A DNA stretch of 64,000 nt from Octopus sinensis (GCF_006345805.1 NC_043001.1:20460001-20524000), one strand, 5' to 3'; shown: positions 24,992-39,021, counted from the first letter of the stretch. Numbers and translations are program-made. Notes: a model not told the origin generated them from the sequence alone.

Positions 24992-25151
24992 AGGCACAGT
25001 GTGGCTGTCTGGTAAGAAACTTGCTTCCCAGCCACATGGTCCTGGGTTCAGTCCCACTGTGTGGCACTTTGGGCAAGTGTTTTCTACTATAGCCTCAGGC
25101 TGACCAGAGCCTTGCGAGTGGATTTGGTAGACAGAAACTGAAAGAAGCCCA

Positions 25152-25187
<36 letters not shown>

Positions 25188-25395
25188 ATGTATTTGTTTG
25201 TGTCTGTGTTTGTCTTCACCATCATAACTTCACAACTGATGTTGGTGTGTTTACGTACTCGTAACTTAGCGATTCAGCAAAACAGGCTAAGTACTAGGCT
25301 TACAAAGAATAAGACCTGGGGTCAATTTGTTCAACCAAAGGTGGTGCTCCAGCATGGCTGCAGCCAAATGACTGAAACAGTAAAAGAATAAAAGA
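24992..25395 (+). mobile_element. SINE family A
   Basis: Head, internal (TG)n and tail all present. Confidence 0.85.
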
Positions 25396-25886
25396 ATTGT
25401 TTTAACTTCATTGCACATTTTCATCCATGCTTTGGATTTTACATCATCATTCAACACCATCATCATTTAATGTCCATTTTCCATGCTGGCATGGTTTGAC
25501 AGGAACAGGCAAGTCAGAAGACTACACCAGGCTCTGCTGTCTGTTTTGGCATGGTTTCTATGGCTGGATGCCCTTCCTAATGCCAACCACTTTACAGAGT
25601 GGACTACATGCTTTATACATAGCACCAGTAGCAACTAGGTCACCAAGTGGTTTGCAGGACAAGACCCCTCAACTGGGGGAAGTAGCTTTGAGGAACAGAA
25701 AGGTGTCTTGCATTAGAAGAGAGACAGGGCTTCCTCGGATGAAGAAGAGAGAAGAGAAAGATGGTAAAGATGTGACAGAGAAGAGACATACTTTTCTCCT
25801 GTTTATTTCCCCACATGCACACATAACATGTATACGTGTATATGTGTGTATGTATATATATTTATTGAATAATCTCATAACCTTAC

Positions 25887-25991
25887 GAGTGAATAAATAA
25901 AACCTGTCATACATGGTGTTCTTATCTAATGCAGTTTTAAACGAAATACTTAAAACTACTGGTTGTATGAGGAAGTTTATGGAGAGCATAA
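25887..25991 (-). CDS. Weak candidate exon (79 or 105 nt)
   Basis: Acceptor ATCCTCAG; donors GTATGA (exon end 25913) or GTAAGG (exon end 25887); open frame xMLSINFLIQPVVLSISFKTALDKNT... Confidence 0.25.
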
Positions 25992-26689
25992 CTGAGGATT
26001 GTTGCAATCACCAGCTTAGCTCATAAAATGAAACAGCAACCACAGTCAGTTATATGGGTTACTGTCAGGGGTATGCTTCCTGGGTAGGCAAGGTAGGCAG
26101 TACCTGAATAAAATATTCAGTAGTATATTTTATTCAGGCAGTACCTGAATAAAATAGATCACTAGTAATATTTTCCTTTTATGGCAAAATATGCACCTAA
26201 TTCAATAAAATTATGCATAAAATACTAAATATTTTACTTTTTTATAGATTAGGTAGGCATAATTTGCCCCTGCCTTTCAATCTCAGTATTAAAGCTATGC
26301 ATAGAACTGCTGTAGTACATATGCTGAGTACATTCCTATAACAACATTTTCTTTACATACTATAAATGGCAGAAGTAAATCTGCCTACAGCTCAGTTGTG
26401 CACCTGTGTTTCACTTATTCTTTTCGTGTGTTTTATTACATAAATGTCACCAACTGCCTACCCTGCATAATTACTGATGGCACGTTCCTGGTTACTGTGC
26501 TACACATATTTAACACAAGGCACTATAAGTAATTTCTTCAGCATCAAATATATATTTCTACTGGGATTAAGGCCTTCTTGAACATTGTAATAATTTCAAC
26601 ATTAAATAAACTTCTCAACATCTTAACCCTTTCATAATGATATTTATGAAGTTGTGTTTCAATTAATTTAGAAAATAATCAAAAATTTA

Positions 26690-27020
26690 AATAATCCCAG
26701 GCATGAGAATGGGGTCTTCTTGATGATATGAATGACTGGAAGTGCTCAACAGACCTCCCAGGATCAATAAAACACCCAGAAATCATCACGAAGAGTGGTT
26801 TGAGGTTAGATATTGTACTCCGTTCCAATCCATCAAAGCAACTAATTTGGATTGAACTTATTGTACCATTTGAATGTAGAATAGAAGCAGATGCATTCAA
26901 GACCAGAAAATATGCTAGTCTGGCCAACAACCTGAGGGAAGCCAACGTCTGGGTCAAGGTTCTTATCATGGAGGCTGGAGCTAGAGGTTTAGTGAACAAA
27001 TCTATGGTTTGTTACCCTTC
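26690..27020 (+). pseudogene. Hero/R2-like restriction-like endonuclease fragment
   Basis: ORF 26728-27024 reads LRLDIVL.S...KQLIWIELIVPFECRIE...KYASL...EAGARG (PD-(D/E)xK pattern). Confidence 0.75.
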
Positions 27021-29634
27021 CTAGTGCCAACTGCTTTACAGAATGAACAGGGTGCTTTTTACATAGCACCAGTAGCAGTGACATCACCAAGTGGTTTGCA
27101 GGACAAGACCCCTCAACTGGGGGAAGTAGCTTTGAAGAACAGAAAGGTGTCTTGCATTAGAAGAGAGATATACCTTCCTCAGATGGAGAGAGAAGAGAAA
27201 GATGGTGAAGATGTGACAGAGAGGGGGGGTATACTTTTATCCTGTTTGTTTCCTCTTATACGCACATGCACACACCACACCATTTGAGGGCAATATTTTT
27301 GTATTTTAAAGCTAAAGAAAGTAACTCTGAGTGAGTCACCTTAGTAGCATTGATATTTCACTATTACCATGACAACCAGTGTTGTTGTTTAAGTATAAAT
27401 ATGAAAGCTGAGTCAATGGAGAGGAGTTCTAACTAGATGAAATCTCAAAGTGGTTTAAATGCCTATATCTCCAATATCCAAGTGACTAAAAAGTGTCAGC
27501 AGAATGTTACTCAGAGGTCATGACCTGGATGTGGCCTGCTCCCTGAAAGTGTAAGAAGCTAAGGGCTGAAACACTTGCCTAGAGGAGTGCTATCTTCATT
27601 GAAGACCTTTTGCTGACCGGCTCTCATAAGTGTTTCTTATCACTAATGTAAAATCACTAATTTGTTAATTCTGATATTAGGAACACAGCGTAACAAAAGA
27701 CTCTTAAATAAAATCCTGGTGGAAGGTTTCCATTTAAATATGAAAGCTTTAAAATGTAAGGTGTCTTATCACAGAATCAGAGACACTCTTAGGCAAGTTG
27801 ATACTGACACTAATTCCAAATTTCTTATTTCCTTCCAAGATTATAATCTTAAAAAAAAACTACAAGTGTGTGTGTGTGTGTGTGTGCGCGCGCGCGCATG
27901 CATGCATGCATGATGGGCTTCTACAGGTTTTCTTCTATCAAATTCCTCTCCCAAGGTATTGGTCCATAGCTGAAAACAGGGCTATAGACAGAAGGTACTT
28001 GCCAAAAGTACCACACAGTTGAGTCAAACAAAGAATCAGTCACAAAGTGAACTTTATTAACCACACTGCCATGGCTGGAACTAAATATTTAGTTGTATTA
28101 TACATTTCCTTTCCATCCTCAACTCTTCACTGTCAATAAGTACCATTATTTTAGTATACACTTCTGTTTTTTTTTTTTTCGTTTTTCAAGTATCTCCAAC
28201 TTATTTCCGTCACTTATCTCACATTTATAAACTCTTCCGTTGTTCAAGACATTTCCGTTCTCTCATTGCTTGTGAATTATCTAATCAACATCAACAAAGT
28301 AACTGACTTGTATTGTACGACTAATCTTTGGTGATTTATTAAAATATCTATAGAATATGAAGATTTTGCAGTAGTTGTTTAATCCAAGGTGAGTCTTGAC
28401 CAAGCAGGACTACGATCAAAGGAGTTTTTGTCTTGAATATTCCTTTTTGTTTAAGCATTTTATGTAACCCTGGTTTTTCTGTCAGTCAGTGAAGGTGAGA
28501 TATGAGAGAGATAAGGTTCTTAATTACAGTAAGCTAAGCAACAGCATCAAGACTACCTTATTGTTTGAAGGTTCTACAGCATTCTACAATAATGCAAGAA
28601 TTTGTTAACAATATGAAATCAAGGGAAAATATTTCAACTGACCAAATAAACAAAATGTTAGATTTTTTTTTTTTTTCAATTCATGAGTCATGCTTTCATA
28701 TCCTGTCACTGACATTTTGCCATGCATATAGTAAGCCACTAAACATTCTTCTGCTACTTATTCTACAGCAGAAGAGAAGGAAACCATCAACTATGAAACA
28801 ATAAATTAACCGGACATTGATGAGCAGTTTAAAACTTTTATCATATCCTCTTAAACGAGAATATATAAATTCAATTTTGAAAATTGATTTCTTTTTGTAC
28901 CCGTATGAACAAAGATAGCAGAACAACTAAAAAAAATCCCCCTCACTGAAGGATAAAACCTATGAAAACTTAAAATTTTTTGGTAACTCTTTTGATACTA
29001 AGTTGTCTGAAACTATTTTTGGTTCTATAATACAAAATTATGTGGCATCACAAAGCACCAGTGCAGTGCCACATAAAAGTATCCAGCACACTCTGTAAAG
29101 TGGTTAGCATTAGGAAGGCCATCCAGCCATGGCAACCAAGCCAAATCAGACAGGAGTCCAGTGCAGTTCCCTCAGCTTGCCAGCTCTGGTCACACTGTCC
29201 AACCCATGCTAGCATGGACAATGGCCATTAAATGATGATGAAGAATACAAAAATGACTGTTTTAATGTGTTCATATAATTCTATGAAAGAACCTTTTTTT
29301 ATGGATCAGAAACATGAGATTAATAACGACAAAGCAAATTATGTTACTAAATTCATTCAAATTCATGATTATTTTTAGAATTAATTAAAATACATATGTT
29401 TTATAACTCATTAGAAATAAGGCCATGAATGAGTTCAATTCAGTGATTATTATAGTGATTATAGGAGTATTAATTTTATGAGAGCAGTGACTGGCTGAAT
29501 TAGTGGAGTGTTTGTCAAAATACATTGTGATAATTAGAAATATCTTTCTAATATTTTCATTCTTTTTTTTTTTAAAGTCTCTTCCACTAAGAACTTTGGC
29601 CTTCCAGAATTCTCTCTGTGCACACATATCTTAC

Positions 29635-29697
29635 AGTCATTAACTTGTAAATCTTCAAGAACATAAACCATGTCTATGTCACTGATCTCAGAGAGTC
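29635..29697 (-). CDS. Weak candidate exon
   Basis: Donor ACT/GTAAGA; open frame LSEISDIDMVYVLEDLQVND; acceptor ambiguous (GAG, CAG or TAG options). Confidence 0.25.
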
Positions 29698-29769
29698 CTC
29701 ATAGAAAGGAAAAATCTTGTCAAGATTAGCTATGCCTTACATCCCACCAACATTTATAAAGTGACATAC

Positions 29770-31430
29770 GAGTCAAATATTTGGGTTGATAAATTCAACT
29801 GCCTTCCACATCAAAATTTCTGGCTTTATGCCAAAGTTAGAAATTACTCTTTTTATGAAAGACACCACACCAACTTTCACTCTCTGATCCCCATTCATTC
29901 TCCTCATTAATAATTCCCGCCATATGCTCCTTCCAAACGCTTCCCCTGTACTTCTCACGAAAAATCAATCTTCCATCACTTCCCCTTGTGCCTCCTCCTC
30001 CCTCAACATCTCTTCCATCTTTTTTCATTGATTTAATAAACCCAAACACTCTATTTGGGTTCTCATCCAGCCCTCTCAACCTCTCCTCAGCCTCCTTCCA
30101 CATAGATCTCGCAACCATCCTCTTTGCATGATTCTTCATGTTATCATACCTGGCTTTCATTTGCTCAGTCCTATTATTACATAAAGCTTTGTGCATCTCC
30201 TTCTTCCTCACTATTGCATCCCTCACCTCTTCATTCCATCACCATGTATCTCCTTCATCTCTCCTACCTTTCACCCATCCACACACTTCATCACATCCCT
30301 TTAGTACCCCTTCTTTAAAAGACTTTCACAAATCCGGTGCATCAATGCTTACCAACTCCTCAACTCTCTCCTCAAACCTGGCTGTTGTTTCTTATAATTC
30401 CATACCCTTCTCCTCTCAATTGTTCCCTTTCTCACACACATTTTAGCTTTCCCCTTATCCAAGTCAGCAACTACCAACCACCAACCTGTGCTGCAGCTCC
30501 TCTGTTATTGTCTTCACATCTCTCAGATTCTTTCTGTTTTTCCTACCAACCAACACGAAATCAATCTCTGTCTCATTCCCTCCTGCACTGAAAATCACCT
30601 TCCTTTCCTGTTTTCCTAAGCCACATGTTCACTACACACATCTCTTTCTCATCACAAAACTCTAACAATATCCTTCCTTCCACATTTCTCTCCTCAATTC
30701 TGTTTCCCCTATGCACACCCTCAAAGCCCTGGATCCATTTCCCAACATGTCCATTAAAATCACCCATGCCCCAAACCAATTCATCTACCTTTTCTAAGTC
30801 CCACTCATTCACTATTTCATCAAAGAACTGCTCTTTCTTAGCGATCCCTCTTCCACTTTGCAGACCATACCCACAAATCACCCTCACCACTTCTTCCTCA
30901 AATGCTAACACTACTGTTATCACTCTGTCACTCTTTTTCCTGACCTCCATACCTTCTTCCCTTGACCCCCACCCACAAATCTTGCACCCTGGCCTCTCCA
31001 CCTAACCTCCTGCATGCACCACACATCCACCCTCCTCTTCCTCAATTCCTCACACACTTCAGTTCCCCTTCCACACAGACTGCCCACATTCCAATTTCCC
31101 AACCTCACCCCAAGTTTCTCCTCAGGGCATTGGCCATCATATGGCAAGTCATGCTTGCGCAACCCAGGATGAGGGTTTGCACCTTCGTTTTTGAGGTAGG
31201 CAGGTGCAGCCCACCCCAACCTTTGGGCTGGCTAGTGCCCATTCTCCTTTGCTATCATGAGGCTTTCTCGGAGCTAGATTTTCTACGGGGAGCATGCCCT
31301 TGCTTATCCCCAACCTCAGTTTCTAGTCATGAGTGGTCCCGAGACCAAGGCCTTTACCACGATTTTTAAGAAATGTGGTGGAAAATCAGCTCAGGAAGGC
31401 AGGGACACTACTCCCTGAGACCCCTTTCGG
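29770..31430 (-). mobile_element. RTE-clade LINE, 5' part (APE endonuclease), 3'-truncated and frameshifted
   Basis: RLGNWNVGSL...QEVRWRG, RVICGYG.QSG and GDFNGHVG motifs in ORFs 30920-31219, 30573-31001 and 29837-30226. Confidence 0.9.
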
Positions 31431-31930
31431 AGCCCCCTAGTTCAACTAAAATTTTCCAAGGCGATGCCCCAGCATGGCCACAGTCTAATAATTGAAACAA
31501 GTAAAAGATAAAAGATACCAGTCACATTACAACTGACAACACCTAATAAGACTTTCTCTCTGATCAGATAATTAAAGAATTTATCAAGACTTCTCAGTAA
31601 TAGTCTGTTTAGTTGCTGTGTTATTGGCCAAAAGCAATGTTAAATGTTAAATCTATTTAAATACTAATGCTTTTACTCCTATTATCAGTCTTGTTAATTG
31701 AGGAAATAAAGCCTACTATGGAGCAACAATTAATAAAATTAACAAAACCTAATGAATCTGTCCTCAGACAGGGATTTAAGATATTCAACAAAGATTTGAC
31801 ACTAGCTGCTAGACATTTAATTCCAAGCTGTTGTTAAACTTTTAACTTTGCTCTTTTATTTCATGTTAATTTACTTGTTAAGTGGTGTTAGAGTTAAATA
31901 AATTTACAAACTAGGTTTCCGTTATTATAC

Positions 31931-31982
31931 CAGAGACAAGTGGAAACCAAAGTGTTGCATTAAATTCTTGGAAGACTGGAGC
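31931..31982 (-). CDS. Candidate exon (52 nt)
   Basis: CAACTTATAG/...CTG/GTATAA; APVFQEFNATLWFPLVS (phase 0) or LQSSKNLMQHFGFHLSL (phase 2). Confidence 0.3.
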
Positions 31983-32751
31983 CTATAAGTTGGCTTCAGT
32001 TGGAAATATTTAATTTCCCTCATAATGATTTCTAAGAATTTAGCAAATTAGCAGAATTATTGATTTCAAATTTTGGAACAAGTTCAGGCAACAAGTTAGA
32101 CGATTACATTGATCACAGTACACAAGCGGCACCTATTTTATCAACCCCAAAAGGATGAAAAGCAAAGTCAACCTCAGCAGAATTTGAACTCAGAACATAA
32201 AGATGGACAAAATGCCTCTAAGCCAACAATTAGCTGAATCATTAAAGTGTTTGTATAAAATGTTTTGTGATATTTAGTTACAACACTTTGAGTTCTGGTT
32301 TCAAAATCCAACTTTGCATTTTCCACTTCTGGAGCTCAATAAAATTAGTACCAATCAAGTATTGGTATCAAGTATTGGACAATTGTACACTTCCAAAAAA
32401 TTTGTTGCCTTCGGCTTATGTTAAGAATCACAGTTGGACTTTGAAAATTGTGACAAAAGCAATGTATTTTGGAAGGATATAAACTTTTGGTGATGTTTTC
32501 ATAGAATTCTAACATATCTAAATGCTGGAGATGATTTTGTGGATTGCTATTAAACATTTGATCAGCTATGTCTGGTTAGCCAAGGGCTAAAGAAGATGAA
32601 ATATACCCAAGGTGCCACACGCCACACAATGGGATAAAACTCAAATTTTCTTAACCATATACCTTATGTTTTATAATTAATTTTGAAAATAATCAAGAAT
32701 TTGGAAAGAATTTGCTAAAATGAACCAACTTTGGTATTATTGAACCAGGTG

Positions 32752-33051
32752 CAGGCACATGGCCTAGTGGTTAGAGCAGCGGACTCGCGGTCGAGGGATC
32801 GCGGGTTCGAATCTCAGACCGGACGATGTGTGTGTTTATGAGCGAAAACACCTAAGCTCCACACGGCTCCAGCAGAAGGTTATGGCGAACTTCTGCTGAC
32901 TCTTTTGCCACAACTTTCTCTCACTCTTTCCGCCTGCATCTAGCAGCTCACCTGCAACAGACTGGTGGCCCATCCAGGTGGGGAACCTATATGCCAAGAA
33001 ACCGAGAAACTGGCCCTTATGAGCCAGGCATGGCTCGAGAAGGAACAAACA
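32752..33051 (+). mobile_element. tRNA-headed SINE family D (V-domain-like core)
   Basis: 16-bp TSD ATTATTGAACCAGGTG (32736-32751 and 33052-33067); A box TGGCCTAGTGG, B box GGTTCGAATC. Confidence 0.9.
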
Positions 33052-33109
33052 ATTATTGAACCAGGTGTTTAGAATATTACTTAACCAAATATTCTTACAT
33101 AAAATGAAT

Positions 33110-33382
33110 CACAGTTTTCCAGCCTCGCCTGGCCCCCGTGCCGGTGGCACATAAAAAGCACCATCCGATCGTGGCCGTTTGCCAGACTCGTCTGGCACCT
33201 GTGCCGGTGGCACATAAAAAGCACCCACTACACTCATGGAGTGGTTGGTGTTAGGAAGGGCATCCAGCCGTAGAAACATTGCCAGATCAGACTGGGCCTG
33301 GTGCAGCCTTCTGGCTTCCCAGTCCCCAGTTGAACCGTCCAACCCATGCTAGCATGGAAAGCGGACGCTAAACGATGATAAA
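33110..33382 (+). mobile_element. RTE-type LINE 3' UTR
   Basis: GGAAGGGCATCCAGCCGTAG...GCGGACGCTAAACGATGAT. Confidence 0.85.
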
Positions 33383-34063
33383 CATCAACAAAAAGAACTT
33401 GAAGCGATCAGTCTCATGTGGGTTGAGAACCAAAAGGGTTAATATGCAGATCAAATTAATTTTTCTGACATCTGTCCCTCAACTGATAAAGTATGTTCCA
33501 GTTATATATCAGAGCTGAAATGTTAACAAGACATTTCTCTTATAAGAGAATTTATAGAAGACCCAATTAAATTTAAGACACTGTTTGGAGTGAAGAATAA
33601 TAATACAGCATTAATTTAATATTACAGCACTTGACTGCCATCTGAGAGTGAGTATGAGAAAGTGGTGTCACATGGCTTGTGGACAACTGTGGGCACTTGA
33701 AATTATCTATGAAATCTCTGGACAAATTATTACAGTGTAAAGTTTTAAAATTGGAATATCTGACTACTCATGGTCAGGAAAGACAAACGACTGGAGTTCA
33801 GGAAGCAGGCCATTTGCTCAACAATCCTTGCTCATTTGATTTCAATACAGCTGCCATCCACAGGACAAGGGTTTCCAACACATAATTAGTTCTATCATTA
33901 ATTAATTGTTGCCAGATTTCTTTGGATTCCACATTTTTAACTTCCTTTATATAATTGTATGTAGTCAAAATGAAACAGATTTCTTCAAAATGACAATCTT
34001 CTTTATTTTGATTCAACTAGGTATTTACATTGAATTCAAGTTTATTCAACATTAAATATATCT

Positions 34064-34470
34064 ATTTCTTTACTACCCACAAGGGGCTAAACACAGAGAG
34101 GACAAACAAGGACAGACAAATGGATTAAGTCAATTATATCGACCCCAGTGCATAACTGGTACTTATTTAATCGACCCTGAAAGGATGAAAGGCAAAGTTG
34201 ACCTCGGCGGAATTTGAACTCAGAATGTAAAGACAGACGAAATACCTATTTCTTTACTACCCGCAAGGGGCTAAACATAGAGAGGACAAACAAGGACAGA
34301 CAAACGGATTAAGTCGATTATATCGACCCCAGTGTGTAACTGGTACTTAATTTATCGACCCCGAAAGGATGAAAGACAAAGTTGACCTCGGTGGAATTTG
34401 AACTCAGAACGTAACGGCAGACGAAAAAGGCTATGCATTTCGCCTGGTGTGCTATAATGTTTCTGCCAGA
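34064..34470 (-). mobile_element. SINE family B tandem dimer
   Basis: Two units joined at CAGACGAAATAC/CTATTTC (34245/34246). Confidence 0.85.
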
Positions 34471-34782
34471 AGGAAATATTGCTTTTTTTACAAACTTGTA
34501 CCAATTTAGTAAATGATAGTGTCAGTGACCAGGTGTTAGACAATGAAAAGACTTTGATACATAATAGATAGTATAAAATACTATTATGATAAAATAAAGC
34601 AAATGTGACTATTAACAGACTATATGAATGTGAGTGTGTGTTTACATGTAAAGTTTATGTGTATGAAAGACACAGACTCATATCTAGTTACAGCGACTTT
34701 AGTTTTCTTTTCTAATAGTGGTTTATATTAAGTATCAAAGGCTTTCATTGTTCAACTATGACTTGTTCACTGATTCTCTTAC

Positions 34783-34797
34783 ATTACAGATGCAATT
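34783..34797 (-). CDS. Candidate 15-nt microexon
   Basis: ATATTTGTTTCAG/AATTGCATCTGTAAT/GTAAGA; open in phase 0 (NCICN) or phase 2 (IASV). Confidence 0.35.
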
Positions 34798-34943
34798 CTG
34801 AAACAAATATTTCATGAGTGTGTGTGGATGTATCTCTCTATTTCGCTCATTCTCTGTATATATATATATATATATAATTATTTGAGGGAATGATAATCCT
34901 AACTTACAGGGAAAAAATTCAATTTAGCATTTATATATATATA

Positions 34944-36130
34944 TATCATCATCATCATCATTGTTTAATATCTGCTTTCCATGCTAGCATGGGTTGGACA
35001 ATTTGACTGAGGTCTGGCAAACCAGATGGCTGCACCAGGCTCCAAACTGATCCAGCAGAGTTTCTACAGTTAGATGCCCTTCCTAATGCCAACCACTCCG
35101 AGAGTGTAGTGGGTGCTTTTATGTGCCACCAGCTCAAATAGTGTTTTTTTCGTGCCACCTGCACAGGAGCCAGTCCAGCGGCACTGGCAACAACCTCGCT
35201 TGAATAGTTTTTCACGTGCCACCAGCACAAGTGCCAGTAAGGCGACGTTGGTAACATTCATGCTCAAATGATGCTTTTTACATGCCACTGGCATGGAAGC
35301 CAGTCAGCTGCTCTGGCAACGATCATGCTTGGATGGTACTCTTAGTGTCCCACTAGCACAGATGCCAGTCATTGAATTTGATTTCGATTTCACTTGCTTC
35401 AACAGGTCTTCGCAAGCAGAGTTTAGAGTCCAATGAAGGAAAGGTATGCATAAGTGGGCTTGTTACACCCCTGGCATAGGCCACGGGTTATGGTCTCACT
35501 TGGCTTGCCGGGTCTCCTCAAGCACAGCATATTTTCAAAGGTCTCAGTCACTAGACATTGCCTCGGTGAGGCCTAATGTTCGATAGTTGTGCTTCACCAC
35601 CTCATCCCAGGTCTTCCTGGGTTTACCTCTTCCACAGGTTCTCTCAACCGCTAGGGTGTGAAACTTTTTCACACAGCTACCCTCATCCATTCTCACCACA
35701 TGACCATACCAGCACAATCATCTCTCTTGCACACCACAGCTGATACTTCTTAGGTCCAACTTTTCTCTCAAGGTACTTACACTCTGCCAAGTACACACAC
35801 TGACATTATACATCCAGCGGAGCATACTGGCTTCATTCCTTGTAAGCTTATGCATATCCTCAGCAGTCACGGCCATGTTTCACAGCCATGTAGCATGGCT
35901 GTTTGTACACATGCATCATACAGTCTACCTTTTACTCTGAGCGAGAGGCCTTTTGTGACCAGCAGAGGTAAGAGCTCTCTGAACTTTGCCCAGGATATCC
36001 TTATTCTAGCAGCTATACTTTCAGAGCACCCACCCCTGCTACCAACTTGGTCACCTAGGTAACAGAAGCTATCAACTACTTCTGGTTTTTCTCCCTGGAA
36101 TGTAGCAGAAGTTGTTCTCTGCACATTTTC
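34944..36130 (-). mobile_element. RTE-clade LINE 3' part (RT C-terminus, 3' UTR, (GAT)n)
   Basis: ORF 35867-36124 reads VVDSFCYLGD...KFRELLPLL...KGRLYDACVQTAMLHGCETW and continues into the 3' UTR shared with many short copies. Confidence 0.9.
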
Positions 36131-36614
36131 TGTGTATGTGCATATGCATGCATTTTAAACAGTTATATGACTCTAGCACAAAGCCAGCTCTGATTGAGCA
36201 GACCTATCATCAAAAGCATTCCAATTAAGAATTTTCATCTTTTTGGATATCTAGGACAACACTGGTCAATGTGTCCATCCTTTTTAAGATGGTAAGATGA
36301 GTTCAGGGAGTTTGGGTGCTATTTCTAGCAAGTTGAGTGACTGCATGGAGGCTCCTTCATTACAATCTTGTTCCTGATTGAGTAGAATTATGATACAAGA
36401 CATTCCATCCAGGATATTAGCATCTTTTAAGGGGTATCTATGGCAATGTTATCCAATGTGTCATTCCCTTTCTTTTCAACACACCATGGAGGGTTAATTT
36501 GAAGGAGATTTGGCTGCTATTTCTAGTAGTTCAATCAACTTTCTTGGTTGACCTGCTGCTAGAAATGCTTTTGCCATTGCAGTCGCTTGTGTTTGGCATT
36601 TTCTCTTCCAGTTT

Positions 36615-37608
36615 CCCCAAATCTATTGTTCGGGTGTACCACAGGGATCTGTCCTTGGTCCCCTCCTGTTTGTGGCATACATTAATGACATAGATGCCAA
36701 TTTAAAGAATGCCACAGTATTGAAATATGCAGACGACATCAAGCTGTACCTTGAAATCAAGAGGACTGATCCTGATGTCTACAACTCTTTCCTGCAATCA
36801 GACCTAGACACAATGCAGCAATGGATCACAGACTGGCAACTGAAACTGGCTGTGGACAAGTGTACCACCATGCATTTTGGGAGAAAAAACCCTGCGTCCA
36901 CATACTCCCTCCACAACACTGATATCAAGAAATCCTCTTGCGAGCGTGACCTAGGCATCACTGTCAGCAGTGATTTGCGTTGGACAAAGCATGTCTCTAA
37001 AATTGTCAAGAAGGCCGAGGGTGTCTTGGCATCACTCAGCAAGACTTTTGTTAGCCGCTCTCCAGCCATCTATTTAAAACTGTATACAGCTATGGTACGA
37101 CCACACTTGGAATTCGCATCATCAGTTTGGAATCCCTATCTTGCTCAGAACATTGACCTCCTGGAATCTGTCCAGAGACGTGCAACCAAACGCATACCCT
37201 CCATCAGACACCTACCATATTCTGAGCGCCTTGTTCCCTGGGCATGGATTCACTGAAGCTCCGGCGTCTAGCGACGGACTTGGTAAACACCCACCAGGTT
37301 ATCAACCACCTCACCAACAACACTGAACACCTTTTTGATCTCCATGTGTCTAACACACGTGGACATGCCTACAAAGTCAGAAAACAGCACAGCTCCCATG
37401 ACTTTCGGAAACATTTTTTCACGCTCAGGGTTGCTGAAGCGTGGAATAAACTGCTTGCATCAGTTGTTGACTGCCATGACACTGCATCCTTTAAGGCCCT
37501 CATGCTTCCCAAAATCCGTCGAAACTACACCTGATTATATATACACTTTAGATGAGTTGTAGTGCACCTGAGCACTGTACACAATTATTATTATTATTAT
37601 TATTATTA
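36615..37608 (+). mobile_element. CR1-clade LINE 3' fragment (RT C-terminus) with (ATT)n tail
   Basis: GVPQGSVLGPLLF.AYIND, YADDIK, ERDLGI and VQRRATK motifs; one frameshift near 37240. Confidence 0.92.
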
Positions 37609-38148
37609 TAATATCAATTAACTTTAATTCTTGAAGAGAATCCTGATTTTAAATGAACTCTATTTCCCCTTTATAATTTTATCTACCATTCTTATTTGAT
37701 AATTTTATAAGCTTCTTTTTTTATAGAAGAAACGACAGCCAGCATGTTAACTTCCCTGCTAGCTGGCATATGTGTACACTTTGATGAATCATCATACTAC
37801 ACTGCCTATGTATTACTTTGTATAGCACAGCATATAGAACCAGTATTTAATTAGTCTATTATTCAATTTATAGAAATTTTTATTCAATATTGAATTATTC
37901 AATATTTATATCAACAATGAGGTTATGATAATTTTATCATGGTAAGATTTTGATTATGATGTAGTTTCTCTGATTTCATATCCTGCTAGTATTGTCTTTG
38001 ACTATTTCCCCATTCATAAAATAAGTACCAGTCATGTACCGGGATCAGTTCTGCTGGGTCCTCCAATTTGCATTAGGAAGGGCATTCGGTTATAGAAGCT
38101 ATGCCAAAGCAGCGATTGAAGTACAATGCAGTCCCCTGGACCTATAGC

Positions 38149-38439
38149 CAGGGCTGTAGAGTTGGAGTCAGAAACAATTAATGGGTAGCTAGAGTCGGAG
38201 TCAGTAAAACAATACCAACTTTGATTCCGACTCATAATGTTTTTATTCTTTAATATAAACCGGTTATAACATATAGACCTACTCAAAGTACAAGTGTATG
38301 CATATGCTTTATGAGATATGTAGACCACAATCACTTAATTACATTAAGAGGGGTTGGAGTCGGAATTGGAGTCGGAGGTGCTAATAGTACAGGAGTCGGA
38401 ATCAGAGTCTAAGTTTTTTGTTTCGATTCTACAGCCCTG
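38149..38439. mobile_element. hAT-like MITE inserted in an RTE 3' UTR fragment
   Basis: TIR CAGGGCTGTAGA/TCTACAGCCCTG; 8-bp TSD CCTATAGC/CCCATAGC; subterminal GGAGTC repeats. Confidence 0.85.
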
Positions 38440-39021
38440 CCCATAGCATCCCATCCAATATCAGCATGGAATATGGACATTAAAACGATGATGATGATGG
38501 TGGTGGTGACGCCTATTCATCTACCCCTACTTTCCTCAGTTACCACCATATCATAGAGCAAGTGACCCTTTCAAAGGCTATTCAACAATGAAGGCATTGA
38601 AAAAAACCTATTTAATGAAGAAAGATTGCAAAACGACTGTATTCAGTAATGTCGATATTAGAGAACCAAAGAAAAATGAAAGCATTTTTTATCATCATCA
38701 TCATCACTATCACCATCATTTGACGTCTATTTTCCATGCTGGCATGGTTTGGAAGTTTGACAGGAGTTCACAAGCTGGAGGGCTGCACCAGGCTTCAGTC
38801 ATTTGTTTTGGCAAGGTTTCTATGGCTGGATGCCCTTCCTAACACCAGCCACTTTACAGAGTGTACTGGGTGCTTTTTATGTGACGTCAGCACAAGTGCA
38901 TTTTACGTGGCACCAGCATAGGTGCTTTTCCTGTAGTGCAGACAGGAACTGCTTCGTTTTTGTGTCATGATAATTCATTTGGGACTGCATCTACTTTAAT
39001 GCTGTCATACATTAGTATATA

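Noticed and set aside
27540-27580. CTGAAAG...GAAACACT hammerhead-like spacing
   Set aside because: Two core mismatches and no clear stems.
32752-32822. tRNA-like sequence with A and B boxes (also 44684 and the SINE A/B heads)
   Set aside because: No closed acceptor stem; continues into a SINE body with a TSD, so these are not tRNA genes.
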